Virus record (IMG/VR): IMGVR_UViG_3300044294_000547
Direction: 5' to 3' (one strand)
DNA: 64,000 nt
From: an uncultured virus (IMG/VR IMGVR_UViG_3300044294_000547)
Lineage: Duplodnaviria > Heunggongvirae > Uroviricota > Caudoviricetes
Position 1 is the first letter of the stretch. The number at the start of each line of letters is the position of its first letter. A program made the translations under genes and the position numbers. The notes beneath the pieces are model-generated. The model worked only from the letters and a program-made list of their open reading frames with translations. It was not told the origin of the DNA and did no database searches. Of this stretch, positions 39,437 to 49,526 are shown piece after piece.

Positions 39437-40306
39437 TCAGGTGGTGGTGGGATCCACGGTGATGACGGACACGGCATAGTCGTTCATGACCACGATGCCG
39501 ACCTCCTCATAGATCACCCAGCCAAGACGCAGCTTCTTTGGATCATCGGCGGGAAGGACAGTGATGTCCTGGCGGATGGGGAATGCGCCAACGGTGTCTG
39601 GGCTAGCAGTGACGATAATCTTGGTGTCATCGAGCTGGCTTGACACATGGATGTCAGCCGTCCACAGGTGACCGTAAAGACCAGTGGTGAGGATCTCACG
39701 GGTGGTGGCCTCATCATAGAAGTCCTTTCCAAAGCTGCGGACTGCTGAGTAAGACTCAGGATGCATGACCACCTTTGAGGCCACCAGATCGTGGGTCTCA
39801 ATATACTTGTAGGCAGTGTTCAAAGACGCAGTCTCCAAAGTGCCCACATTGGTGATCTCCTGAGCTGCTGGAGCAGCAGCAATCAGAGCGTTGAAGATGT
39901 TGCGATCCTCTTCCTTCTGGATTGCCTCCTTTGCCTTGATCTGTGCACGGTCAACGATGTAGAAGCGACGTGCTTTGATCTCGGACAGACGGATGGTGGG
40001 GTGTGCTGCAATCTCGAAGGTGGGGACAAGAACTTCCTCTCCCTCGGTGATCTGATCAGGCACTGCACCCTGACGGGCAACGATTGTGGCCACGGAGGCA
40101 ACATCGCGCTCGTAGCGGGGAAGAGCGCCTTGGGGGAGCTCGTCCACCATCAGGAGCTTGCGACCGACGGCCTGGTACTCCAGGGAACGCCGAATCGGCT
40201 CCACCATCGCTTGAGCAAGGGCAACACGCCCCTCCTCGGTCGACAAGGCCTGTGCAATCACGGCCTCTTTCTCGTCGTAAGTCAAACCATCTTTGTTGAT
40301 GCTCAT
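39437..40306 (-). CDS. Major capsid protein (HK97 fold)
   Basis: Start MSINKDG with AAAGGA SD; LAQAMVEPIRRSLEYQAVGRKLLMVDELPQG, VPTFEIAAHPTI, AIQKEEDRNIF, GWVIYEEVG; strong codon bias; follows the protease and decoration genes. Confidence 0.9.
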   Translation of the reverse strand: MSINKDGLTYDEKEAVIAQALSTEEGRVALAQAMVEPIRRSLEYQAVGRKLLMVDELPQGALPRYERDVASVATIVARQGAVPDQITEGEEVLVPTFEIAAHPTIRLSEIKARRFYIVDRAQIKAKEAIQKEEDRNIFNALIAAAPAAQEITNVGTLETASLNTAYKYIETHDLVASKVVMHPESYSAVRSFGKDFYDEATTREILTTGLYGHLWTADIHVSSQLDDTKIIVTASPDTVGAFPIRQDITVLPADDPKKLRLGWVIYEEVGIVVMNDYAVSVITVDPTTT

Positions 40307-40321
40307 TGTGTTTTTCCTTTC

Positions 40322-40362
40322 TCCGACACCCCCTGATTCACGCATCAGGGTGGTAGGTCGGA
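40322..40362 (-). promoter_or_regulatory. Stem-loop just upstream of the capsid RBS
   Basis: TCCGAC..ACC.CCCTGAT-loop-ATCAGGG-GGT-GTCGGA ending immediately before AAAGGA. Confidence 0.6.
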
Positions 40363-40369
40363 AGATTCA

Positions 40370-40954
40370 TTAGGCGGATTGAATGTTCAGGGCAATTCGA
40401 ATGAAATTGCCCAGCGAGGTAGCTCCGTCAATATCGGTGCCAGGAACGCCACTTGGATAGGAGTTCTGTGCAGCGATGAGATAGCCAACCTTGTTACCGT
40501 TGTTTGTGGCAATTTTGGTGAATTTGCCAGCATTCGTGCTGCTCTGAACAATATAGAGCGCACTTCCTGCATCATTGTCAGTATGTGCGTCAAAATCGGC
40601 GGTTACATACTGGTCAGTCAAGAACTCACCCACGCCCATGTAGACGGTGATCTTGCCAGAAGCAAGGGTCTCGTCGAACATGTCGCTCGCGCGATTGGTG
40701 GTGGTGCGGGTGCTGCCAGAGCCATTGACAACAACAGACGCAGAGTATGCGCTGCCGCTGGAACTGGAGAGTTTGCTGTCGCCGGCCAAACCGATGGTGA
40801 AACCATCGTTGGTGTCGGGCAGCTTGACATAGGGCCTCAAGTCAGTTGCGGTGTCGGCTGCAAGTGCCACACCCATGCCCTCTGTGATGTTGCCGCTGCC
40901 ACTAGCGACGGCAAACTGGGTTGCGATTGTGTGATGAACTGGAATCAGTGCCAT
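40370..40954 (-). CDS. Capsid decoration/cement protein
   Basis: Start MALIPV with AAAGGA SD; TLASGKITVYMGVGEFLTDQY motif; between scaffold and capsid genes with similar codon bias. Confidence 0.75.
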   Translation of the reverse strand: MALIPVHHTIATQFAVASGSGNITEGMGVALAADTATDLRPYVKLPDTNDGFTIGLAGDSKLSSSSGSAYSASVVVNGSGSTRTTTNRASDMFDETLASGKITVYMGVGEFLTDQYVTADFDAHTDNDAGSALYIVQSSTNAGKFTKIATNNGNKVGYLIAAQNSYPSGVPGTDIDGATSLGNFIRIALNIQSA

Positions 40955-41006
40955 GTTGGGTTCCTTTACCCTTTTTTGGTGAAAAATACTCTCAAACCGT
41001 CGGTCT

Positions 41007-44000
41007 TCACTTGAAGACCCGACGCAGTACGTTGCTCTCAGTCTGATCCGCCAACTCCACCTGCTGCTGCAGGCGGAACATGGACGCGATCTTGGACTTG
41101 AGATCTCCATACGCATTACGCTCACTCTTCTGCTCGGGGATCACAAAAGCCGTTTCTGACCCTGCCGAAGCCGTCTTCAGGCCCTTGGCGACGACACCCT
41201 CTGCGAACATTGCCTTCTCAAGGTCCATGAGCTGAGCCACCTTGTAGCCCATCAACTCCTTGGCTTTTGCAGGAAGATTGTCTGCAGAGATCATCCCCGC
41301 AGCCACCATCTTGCCAGCAACCTTGAGAGCCAACTCGCTGGAATCTTCACCAGCCTTCTTTTTTGCATAGCCGCCAACTGGACCGGATTTGCCGGAGCCA
41401 ACTTGGCCGCCTGTCATGAGATTCTGCTTCTCTGCACCGTTCTGACCGCCAACCGGAATGGAAGGCAGGCTCAGACCTGCAGACTCGTTGCCCTCTGGAA
41501 CTTCAAGTTCTTCCATGCCCTCAAGACCCTCAGAGGTGCCCACGTCGCCAAGATCTGCCTGGTTCTGCACCAGTTCAGTCTTGAGACCAAGTTCAGATGC
41601 GAGTTTGGCCAAGGAGTCGGAGAATGCTGCCTTCCGATTATCAAGTTTGCTAGAGGCAGACTTTCCTGATCCCTGAACGCCGCCTGTGGCCATGTTGCCC
41701 TTCTCACCCTTGATCTTGTCACCCTTGAAGCTAGGGCCGTCAACGGGAACCTTGGGCATGTCTGCATCGAAGCCGTCGCCGTGCTCGCTGCTGAGCGGCT
41801 TGCCGCCATTCTCAACGACCTTTAGCGACTTCAGACCAGCCTTGCCAGTCATGACGGTGCCAAGTTCTGGCTGCTTCTGTGCATGACCTATCTCCACAGC
41901 CTTCTCTCCCGCCTCCTTGGTAAGGGCAGATGCAAGGCGGGATATGTCAAGTTCCAACTTGCCTACGCCAACGACCCTGCCACGACGTAGAGCCATAGCC
42001 TCCTTCTCAATCTCATAGGATTTGTCTGACTTCGAACTAGCCTCATTTGGAGCAGTCTTTTTCATGACTGCCTCTTTCTCTTCTTTTTCTCCATCAGAAT
42101 AATCACGGCCTTCGGCTCCAACCATGTGTGAAACCTCGGCAGGCTCTTCTGCATCCATGTCTTCAGTGTCTTCGGTGTCTTCAGTGTCTTCAGTGTCTTC
42201 AGTGTCTTCGGTGTCTTCAGTGTCTTCAGTGTCTTCAGTGTCTTCAGTGTCTTCAGTGTCTTCAGTGTCTTCAGTGTCTTCAGTGTCTTCAGTGTCTTCA
42301 GACCCATCCATGTCAAAATCATCAGACATCTCTGGCTCCATATCGACTTCCGTGTCCATGTCGACATCGTCTTCACCATGAGCCTTAGCTAGAGCCTTCT
42401 GTATCTGCTCTTCAATCTGCTCAAGAACATCTGGGGTCACGTCGAGGCTGATGGAAACTGTCTTTTGATTGTCATTCTCAAAACCATCCTCGCCATCGAA
42501 TGGATCTGATTCTTCCATTTCGTCATCTCCGTGTGATTCTGTTTCGCCATCTTCTTCTGTCAGATCTTCAGCGAGGTATTCCTCATCCTCAGCATAGGCA
42601 GCCTTGATCATCTCACAGGCGCTAGAAGCCTGCTTAATACCCATGCCTTCGCGAACGAGATCCTCAACACATTCGCACATGGGATCGGGCTGCGCCCAAG
42701 ATGAAGCAACTTTGTCAGCCACAGTCGTGCTGTATATGTTTGCACTAGCGAGCTTGCTGCACACGCAATCAGGCAGTGTGTTTCCACGACAGGGGCCGCT
42801 GAGCGCCACAGAATCAGCGCCGTATCTCCTAGCGAGTTTTTCCATGCACTCATTCATTGGGAACTCACCATGCATGGTGAATGCCTTCTTGAATGATCCG
42901 ATGGCGGTGTCTTCTTTAGAGGCTATCTTGACATGTTTTACAGCACCCATGCTCAATGCCTTGTTCAGAACTTCAGCCTTCTTTACAACAGACATGCTGT
43001 CGAATTTTGCACGATCAATTCCCACAGAAGTGAGAGCGTAATTGATCGATGCACGCTTGCGGGCGCAACTGCTGCATGATGCCTTCTTGAACTCTGGCAC
43101 CCACTCCCACTGGGCATACGCGTCCTTGGGAGAAGTGGCTGATGCAGCAAGACGAACCTTGTACATCTGCCCAGAGTCCAAACACATCCATGTTTCATTG
43201 TCGAGCTTAACTGTATTTCTATTTCCAGTGATTGGACTCACAGATCCTAGAGGACCTTTGCTAGCGATCTTCCTGAGTGTTTCTGGAGTGAGGCGCGTGG
43301 ATGCAGCAACAGGTGGTAGTCCGGGCGCACCTGCAGGAGGCATGCCGGGCGGCATTTCGGCGCCAATCCCGCCAAGACCCTTGTCTGGCTCTGCAGGGTT
43401 GTCGCCGCTAACATCATCTTGGTCAACATCTCCGTCAGTAATTTTGTCAAGAAGAGATGCGTCTGGAATAACCTTGATTGTGAATCCACTGCCACAACCT
43501 GGACCCTTGCACTGGCTCTTACCGCCAGAAACATCAACATCTTGGTTGCCGCACACGACGCAAACCGCAGCAGGCGGCTTGGCTTTGCCGGGTTGGTCAT
43601 ACCCAGCATCAAGACCGAGAGGATCCTGAGGAGCTGGAGCAGGAGCTGCTGGCATACCAGCGGGAGCTGCTGGTGCTGGAGGGGCGCCTGTCAGCGCCTC
43701 TGCGCCAGGAATCCCTGGAGGCATAGCGCCAGGAACTGCTGCGCTAGCACCCATGCCTGCCGGGTTGAGAGCGCTAGGCATGGCACCTCCAACCTGAGCC
43801 TTCTTCTCAAGCCGCTCAATCTCTTCAAGCAATTTCGCACGGCGAGATATCCTTTCCTCGCGGGAATCAAATGAATCAACAGAAGTAGTTGCGACATTCG
43901 TCTTCAATGACTTATTTTTCATGTTCTCCTCATCGGATGTAAACTTGTGGTATGCATCCTCCTCTTCGGGTGTCAGCATGCTTGCCTCTTTGACCACTGC

Positions 44001-46721
44001 CTCAACGATCCCATTAGCTTCATCAAAATCTATTGACATCGGAACAATATCAACACCAGGGAAACGGTCGGATATCATCCCTTGGGCAAACTTGGTGACC
44101 TCTGCTATGAAGTTGATGCGGTCTGCAGGATCTGAAGAAATGTCCTCGCCAACGGTGCAGCAGACCTTATACATACCATCTTCAGGACGGAATGCCTGAC
44201 GCACAGCGTCCTCAAACGAAGCTTCTTTGGCCATAACTTCAGTAGCATCAGAAGCCATCTTTATGGCCTGCTCAACAGCCAAATCGTTGCTAGCGCAGTG
44301 AACAAATGCCCGAATCGCATCTTCGGCGGAAACATTTTTTGCATTATCTGCGATGGAGGCCAAAACGAGGTCGATTGGCTCAGCCATGAGACCTGCGGAA
44401 GCTCCCTTGGTCATCTCGGAGTTTCTTTCGGCAACTTCACGACGCTGAGACACAGTCCAAGGGGCTGCATTTATGGAAACCATGAATGCAGCCTTGGCAG
44501 ATCTTGATGGCTTGCCCGATATGTACTGCGCGACCTTTGAGATGTCAAAAGGATCCAAACCGTATATCGCTATGCCATCGGCAAGCGCACGAGTTGCGAT
44601 CTTAACAAGATCAACTGCGCTTGCCTTCTTAGACATCGATCCGAGTTGAGCCTCTGTGGTTGCGGTTGGCTCGATCCACTTATGATCTTTGCGGAGCATA
44701 TCGAGCTGGGCAGACTGCACATGGTCTGTCCACTCTGCTGGTATCTTGGCAAAAATCTCGCGGGCTGCATCCTCCCACTGACCCTCTGTGATGGTTTCTG
44801 GGAAAGAATTCCAGCGGGCCATGAATCCGTTGGATCCGCTAGCAAGCTGCATCTCTGTGGTGCCATCAGGCGATCCAGACCTCACCTGCGGTGATGCACT
44901 AGAGACATCTGCGAACGCAGGCTTTGATGCGCCAAGACGACTATCTGACTCGATGATCTCAGTGTATTCCGCACCAGTGCGTGCGCCTATGCCTTTGCCA
45001 TCAACAAATTGCCCTTCAGTGGTGGTCGGGGGAGAGTTGTCGGTGCGATTTGAAGCTGTTTTAACGGTGCGGTTGTTGGTATTCAATTCAGGCTCCTTAC
45101 TAGAGTTAATGTTTTCTTGTGTTTCGAGGGATGCGAGAATGATGCGAGCTGCGCCTTCGGGATCTTCGGCAATTGCTCTCCTCAAGTTATGAGGAAATGC
45201 ATCTGCAGATGATGCTCTGACGACACGCCCGTCAACCACTTCTGTTACGAATGATTCGCCGTCAGAGTCGGCGGATATCACAACAGAGCAGTTGGCTGAT
45301 GCAATTTTTGCAATGATTTGATTCTGTGCCAAAAGATCCTCCGAAGGAAAGTGCTCGCCATCCTCCACGCGGATGGCAAGTCCTTTGCCTCTATTATTAT
45401 TTTTTTTCCAAACTTCCTCCCCAAAAGCTGCTCTTGGAATAAAAGTTGGTTTAGTAACCCTACCTATGTCATCACCCACATCTTGGAGAGACGGAGTTCC
45501 CAAAGAAATCGGCCTTGTGGGGGATTGCTGAGGCACAGACATGGGGGCGACTGCAGTGGGCGCCATTGAAGATGGCGTGGTTTGTGATATTTTTCCACCA
45601 TCGACGGGTGATGCGGGGGCAGATGTGCCTTTAGCCATTTGTTCAGAAGATGGAGATGGCAGTTGTGCATAGCCCATTTCTATAAGTTCGTCTGTGGTTT
45701 TTTGCACATTAGACATGACCTTTACAAGATCGCTGACATACTCCATAGAAACTGCCTGTTTTTGTGCCATCATGGACCTAGCAACACGTTCAAGCAGATT
45801 CATTGCCTCATTCAATTCCCCAATCTCTTGTCGACCAGCCACCTTTTCCATTCCACAAACCCCGTCCTTGCAGAATGTTTCCTCTGCCACCTTGCTGAAA
45901 CCCTCATTTACGGCTCTAACTTTCTCAACAAGGCTAGCAATCTTTTTGCGAACACCTTCTGGATTCAATATTTCATGAACTAGACAATCGTGACATGCTG
46001 GGTTGACCACAAAACTGTCTTCTATAAATTTGACTCCGAAATTATGTTCAAAAATCTGTTGATCTTTGTGGATGTGAACTTTCTTTTCATCCTTTTTGCA
46101 TCCGCAAACTGGACAGGGTTCTTCACTAGCGTTAGGAGATTCATGATACTTGCAGAGATGTTCGCCATTGAATCGCTTCTTCTTACGTTCTTTGATGTGT
46201 GAGCAAAATTCTTTTGCTGTCGCGGCTCTGTGATGGCATATACTGCAGCATGAATACTGCACCTGACAACCCATCGATGTGCCATTCACATATCCCTGTT
46301 CTATTCCTCTAGCAAGCCTAGGAAAAGCAACGCGATCAACCATATTGATGGTATATATGCCGCCTGCGGCATCGTCGTACCATGCATGGACAACCTTGCC
46401 CCTTGCCTTCTCAATATCGTCATTTTGGTGGTTGACAAAAACTGGAACCCCGATGAATGTTTTGGCAGCATGTTTCAGTTCAGTCTCGCTAAACCAGTCA
46501 CCATTGTCATTAACCTCATCCTTCTTTATAGCAAATACTTTGACAAATAGATGATCAGGGTGCTCCTTAACGGCTGCAGTTATGTCGAATCCATTCAGAT
46601 CAACACCAACCTTAGCCGCCTGCTTCTGCAATACATTAGTGTTGAATTCCTCCCAATCCTCAGGTACATTAAGAGCAGTAACCTGCCTGACTCCGGAAAT
46701 GGCAAACTTGTTGGGAATCAT
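41007..46721 (-). CDS. Prohead maturation protease / scaffold polyprotein
   Basis: N-terminal NDNGDWF, GVPVFVNH (His), GTSMGC (Ser), SFVVNPA; then Cys clusters, Pro/Gly linkers and an acidic repeat; between portal and capsid genes. Confidence 0.85.
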   Translation of the reverse strand: MIPNKFAISGVRQVTALNVPEDWEEFNTNVLQKQAAKVGVDLNGFDITAAVKEHPDHLFVKVFAIKKDEVNDNGDWFSETELKHAAKTFIGVPVFVNHQNDDIEKARGKVVHAWYDDAAGGIYTINMVDRVAFPRLARGIEQGYVNGTSMGCQVQYSCCSICHHRAATAKEFCSHIKERKKKRFNGEHLCKYHESPNASEEPCPVCGCKKDEKKVHIHKDQQIFEHNFGVKFIEDSFVVNPACHDCLVHEILNPEGVRKKIASLVEKVRAVNEGFSKVAEETFCKDGVCGMEKVAGRQEIGELNEAMNLLERVARSMMAQKQAVSMEYVSDLVKVMSNVQKTTDELIEMGYAQLPSPSSEQMAKGTSAPASPVDGGKISQTTPSSMAPTAVAPMSVPQQSPTRPISLGTPSLQDVGDDIGRVTKPTFIPRAAFGEEVWKKNNNRGKGLAIRVEDGEHFPSEDLLAQNQIIAKIASANCSVVISADSDGESFVTEVVDGRVVRASSADAFPHNLRRAIAEDPEGAARIILASLETQENINSSKEPELNTNNRTVKTASNRTDNSPPTTTEGQFVDGKGIGARTGAEYTEIIESDSRLGASKPAFADVSSASPQVRSGSPDGTTEMQLASGSNGFMARWNSFPETITEGQWEDAAREIFAKIPAEWTDHVQSAQLDMLRKDHKWIEPTATTEAQLGSMSKKASAVDLVKIATRALADGIAIYGLDPFDISKVAQYISGKPSRSAKAAFMVSINAAPWTVSQRREVAERNSEMTKGASAGLMAEPIDLVLASIADNAKNVSAEDAIRAFVHCASNDLAVEQAIKMASDATEVMAKEASFEDAVRQAFRPEDGMYKVCCTVGEDISSDPADRINFIAEVTKFAQGMISDRFPGVDIVPMSIDFDEANGIVEAVVKEASMLTPEEEDAYHKFTSDEENMKNKSLKTNVATTSVDSFDSREERISRRAKLLEEIERLEKKAQVGGAMPSALNPAGMGASAAVPGAMPPGIPGAEALTGAPPAPAAPAGMPAAPAPAPQDPLGLDAGYDQPGKAKPPAAVCVVCGNQDVDVSGGKSQCKGPGCGSGFTIKVIPDASLLDKITDGDVDQDDVSGDNPAEPDKGLGGIGAEMPPGMPPAGAPGLPPVAASTRLTPETLRKIASKGPLGSVSPITGNRNTVKLDNETWMCLDSGQMYKVRLAASATSPKDAYAQWEWVPEFKKASCSSCARKRASINYALTSVGIDRAKFDSMSVVKKAEVLNKALSMGAVKHVKIASKEDTAIGSFKKAFTMHGEFPMNECMEKLARRYGADSVALSGPCRGNTLPDCVCSKLASANIYSTTVADKVASSWAQPDPMCECVEDLVREGMGIKQASSACEMIKAAYAEDEEYLAEDLTEEDGETESHGDDEMEESDPFDGEDGFENDNQKTVSISLDVTPDVLEQIEEQIQKALAKAHGEDDVDMDTEVDMEPEMSDDFDMDGSEDTEDTEDTEDTEDTEDTEDTEDTEDTEDTEDTEDTEDTEDTEDTEDMDAEEPAEVSHMVGAEGRDYSDGEKEEKEAVMKKTAPNEASSKSDKSYEIEKEAMALRRGRVVGVGKLELDISRLASALTKEAGEKAVEIGHAQKQPELGTVMTGKAGLKSLKVVENGGKPLSSEHGDGFDADMPKVPVDGPSFKGDKIKGEKGNMATGGVQGSGKSASSKLDNRKAAFSDSLAKLASELGLKTELVQNQADLGDVGTSEGLEGMEELEVPEGNESAGLSLPSIPVGGQNGAEKQNLMTGGQVGSGKSGPVGGYAKKKAGEDSSELALKVAGKMVAAGMISADNLPAKAKELMGYKVAQLMDLEKAMFAEGVVAKGLKTASAGSETAFVIPEQKSERNAYGDLKSKIASMFRLQQQVELADQTESNVLRRVFK
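42158..42300. repeat. 9-bp tandem repeat (~16 copies) encoding (EDT)n
   Basis: (GTGTCTTCA)n with two TTCG variants, in frame in the scaffold. Confidence 0.97.
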
Positions 46722-47131
46722 GCCTTCAATGTTCTCGGAATTTTCACATCGAACAAATGGTTCAATGTGTAGTTGAATTGATTCTTAGGATATGGTATTC
46801 TGTATTTTTCTGAAAGAAAAGACAGAGCAGAATATATATTGCTAAAATATTTGCCATACGGACTGTATACTTTCGACTCAAATTTTTGCCAATCGAATGG
46901 CAATTTTTTGATGCCTGCGAAAAATGACTTCTTGAGATCTCTAGTTCTTGCTGGCGAGCAGACAACATAATAATCTGAGTTGGTGGTATAGTCGTGTCCC
47001 TCCCACCTATGGTACGCCCCAGGACCAATATCCCTCTCGTATCTCTTCTTGAGAGGCTCCGTGCGCTGCGTGTATGCCTCTTCCCAAGTGATGTTGCGGT
47101 CACGTATCCTGCGTGCTGAAATCTTCAGCAT
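46718..47131 (-). CDS. Hypothetical basic protein
   Basis: Likely start MLKISAR; ATGA-coupled to the protease gene. Confidence 0.7.
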   Translation of the reverse strand: MLKISARRIRDRNITWEEAYTQRTEPLKKRYERDIGPGAYHRWEGHDYTTNSDYYVVCSPARTRDLKKSFFAGIKKLPFDWQKFESKVYSPYGKYFSNIYSALSFLSEKYRIPYPKNQFNYTLNHLFDVKIPRTLKA

Positions 47132-49310
47132 GGGATTCACCTGCTGGCAAGAAAATTTCTGCCACATCTGTGGAAATGACACGGGGCTCTCCATTATATA
47201 AAGATGCAGCAGTTTTGCTCAAAATCCTCCGCTCTTCTATCGCTTCTCTTATATTTGACATGACAACTTGAGAAACTTCATCCGCTCGACTGTTGAGAGC
47301 GTTCTCTTTTATCCTTATAACCCTCCACCCGAGTTGCGCGAGCTTAATGTCCCTTGCTCGGTCACGCTCGATGGCTTCTGGGTCTGAATGCCACATTTCT
47401 CCATCTGCTTCCAAATCGACCCCTATTTGGGGATATGCAAAATCTAGAAGGAAAGGTTGTCTCTGACCGGGCATGTACTGCTTAAATTGTGCAAAAAGTG
47501 GATAAGGAACCGCAAGTTGGTTGAGAATAGATGCCAATTTCTGCTCAGGCTTTGTCAAAAATATCTGCGTGGGTTGTGAATGCTTAGGCATATCTTTTGT
47601 CTTGTAACCCTTGCCCTTTTTGAATATCTTTCCAGGCAAAACAGATGCGACTGACGCCATAGGCGGAACTCCAAAGTCGCCACCAGGAGCAGGGGCTGCG
47701 GGCGGAACGCCACCAGGAGGAGAAATCCCCAAATCCATTGGCGGTGCTCCTGACCCAATGGGCGCAGGAGCGGATGGCATGCCTCCGCCCATGCCTCCCA
47801 ACCCTCCAAGATCTCCAATTCCTCCCCCGCCAATGCCACCAGAGCCGCCACCTGAAGTGGCACCAAGAACTTGGCCTCCAGCACCAGCCATAACCTGTTC
47901 TTCCCTCATGCGTGAAATCTCAACGTCGAAGTCTATGTCAAACATATCAAGTAACTTTTGTCTGCTGATAACCGTCTTGTCATACAACTGCAGGATCTTG
48001 TTCAAATATTCAGAGTTGTCACGTAGGCGAAGATCGTTCCACTTTATTTTTGGATACAACCACACGGTTTCATTCAACTGCTTCGACTTTGCCGTATCAA
48101 CAAAACCCTGCATTTGAGCAACAGGCAAGAATATGTTTCTCTCGGCCCAATGCGCCAATTCCATTCGCCAAGTTTCAAGTCTTCTGATGAGAGTCTCCAC
48201 GCCGACAGCAGCACCAGAATAAGCCTGCATCTCTCCGTTGAGCAAGGTTTGATTGAGCATCAAACCGTCAAGCATCTCCTTGCCAATATATTCCATCTGA
48301 TTGCTTATGTCATGGATTTTCCCAGTTGCACCCTCCCAAGTCATCTCGAATGCGTTGTGAGTAACAATGGTCAAATTTGGATCATTTGCGACTGCAGCTA
48401 GTTGAGCCTGCACATCTGCAATATCCGTCTCATTTGCAGGGCGCTCGGCAGTTCCCACCTTAACTATTCTTATTGGCAATATATGGCGCTCTGCCACGAT
48501 CCAGTTCGCTGTCATCAACTTGGTTTTGTATGCAATCGTCATGAAGAGTCGACGCAGCAATGACTCTCCATAAGTTCCATAAGGACTCCCCTTGTGTCGC
48601 AAATGACTCACGCAGCGCGGACTGAGAGGTATGGCCTGCCCAGCAGCAACAAGATCACGAATCTGCGGAGATATCTTGTCATAGACATCCTTCGGCTTCT
48701 TCTGCTGAACCACTCTACGCAAATCATCATCTGGCAGCATGGCAATTGTTGGGTGGTCAGCAAGTTGCGTGTTTTGAACCTCAACGAAATCTGGATTGAG
48801 AATCATCAGTCTTTTGAATGTTCCACCAGGATGATTGCACACCCTTCCATCGGGAAGTGTTGCTTTGCCTCCACACACTGGGCAGTCTATTTCCAAAAAC
48901 ACAAAAACATCACCAAGTAAAAAATATTCGTGTGATATCTTTCTGAACCAGTAATCAAGGTTGAGTTTTTCGATCATGTGCTCAAAATAGTTTAAGACCT
49001 TTCGATCTCTGCATTCTAATTTGAATCCATTCATAGGAAATGTTGCATAAAAATCTATGCCACCAGCAGCCTTAGGCTCGTTTTCATAATAAAAACGTGC
49101 CCACTGGTAAACTTCTTTACGCCTGCTTGCAATCTGCCAACTCTGTGGCGTATGCAGGGGAGAGAAAAACATCGGTTGGGTGAATATGGTGGATACATTC
49201 CCGCCCACATACTGAGCCGCTTTGGTCAGCGGCAACGGAACTATTGTTCCGTTTGCATACATCTTGTTGTCCGCAACGAATTCACTACTTGTTTTTTTCT
49301 TGTTTGCCAT
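47100..49310 (-). CDS. Portal protein with C-terminal Vsr/DUF559-like endonuclease domain
   Basis: Portal-like WARFYYENEP, EYFLLGDVF, LNPDFVEV, YGESLLRR, PKIKWNDL; then a Gly/Pro linker and TKPEQKL..LDFAYP..LEADGEMWH..RDRARDIKLAQLGWRVIRI. Confidence 0.85.
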   Translation of the reverse strand: MANKKKTSSEFVADNKMYANGTIVPLPLTKAAQYVGGNVSTIFTQPMFFSPLHTPQSWQIASRRKEVYQWARFYYENEPKAAGGIDFYATFPMNGFKLECRDRKVLNYFEHMIEKLNLDYWFRKISHEYFLLGDVFVFLEIDCPVCGGKATLPDGRVCNHPGGTFKRLMILNPDFVEVQNTQLADHPTIAMLPDDDLRRVVQQKKPKDVYDKISPQIRDLVAAGQAIPLSPRCVSHLRHKGSPYGTYGESLLRRLFMTIAYKTKLMTANWIVAERHILPIRIVKVGTAERPANETDIADVQAQLAAVANDPNLTIVTHNAFEMTWEGATGKIHDISNQMEYIGKEMLDGLMLNQTLLNGEMQAYSGAAVGVETLIRRLETWRMELAHWAERNIFLPVAQMQGFVDTAKSKQLNETVWLYPKIKWNDLRLRDNSEYLNKILQLYDKTVISRQKLLDMFDIDFDVEISRMREEQVMAGAGGQVLGATSGGGSGGIGGGGIGDLGGLGGMGGGMPSAPAPIGSGAPPMDLGISPPGGVPPAAPAPGGDFGVPPMASVASVLPGKIFKKGKGYKTKDMPKHSQPTQIFLTKPEQKLASILNQLAVPYPLFAQFKQYMPGQRQPFLLDFAYPQIGVDLEADGEMWHSDPEAIERDRARDIKLAQLGWRVIRIKENALNSRADEVSQVVMSNIREAIEERRILSKTAASLYNGEPRVISTDVAEIFLPAGESHAEDFSTQDT

Positions 49311-49337
49311 GAGATAATACCCTGTAGTGGTTTTTCG

Positions 49338-49526
49338 TCATGATGCCTGCACAGCAACAATCTTGGCTATAGATGCACCACAGTTAATACAATTGGACGC
49401 TGTTGGGTTGTTGCAACCATTACAAACCGGACAATTTTTCTTCCAGCCTGCCATTGGCTTTTTTTTCTTGCCATCACTAAAAGGGGTCGAAAAGGGGTCA
49501 AATGCGGCGGTTTTAGATGCTGTCAA
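49338..49526 (-). CDS. Zinc-ribbon ORF, probably a -1 frameshift extension of the upstream gene
   Basis: CPVC..CINC; weak TTG start directly after the A9-GGG tract. Confidence 0.6.
   Translation of the reverse strand: MTASKTAAFDPFSTPFSDGKKKKPMAGWKKNCPVCNGCNNPTASNCINCGASIAKIVAVQAS

Noticed and set aside
39437..40306. Capsid gene as a cellular encapsulin/linocin
   Set aside because: Terminase, portal, protease and tail genes in canonical order show it is a phage major capsid protein.
42158..42300. Tandem repeat as a CRISPR array
   Set aside because: The 9-bp units have no spacers, lie in frame in a gene, and no cas genes are present.
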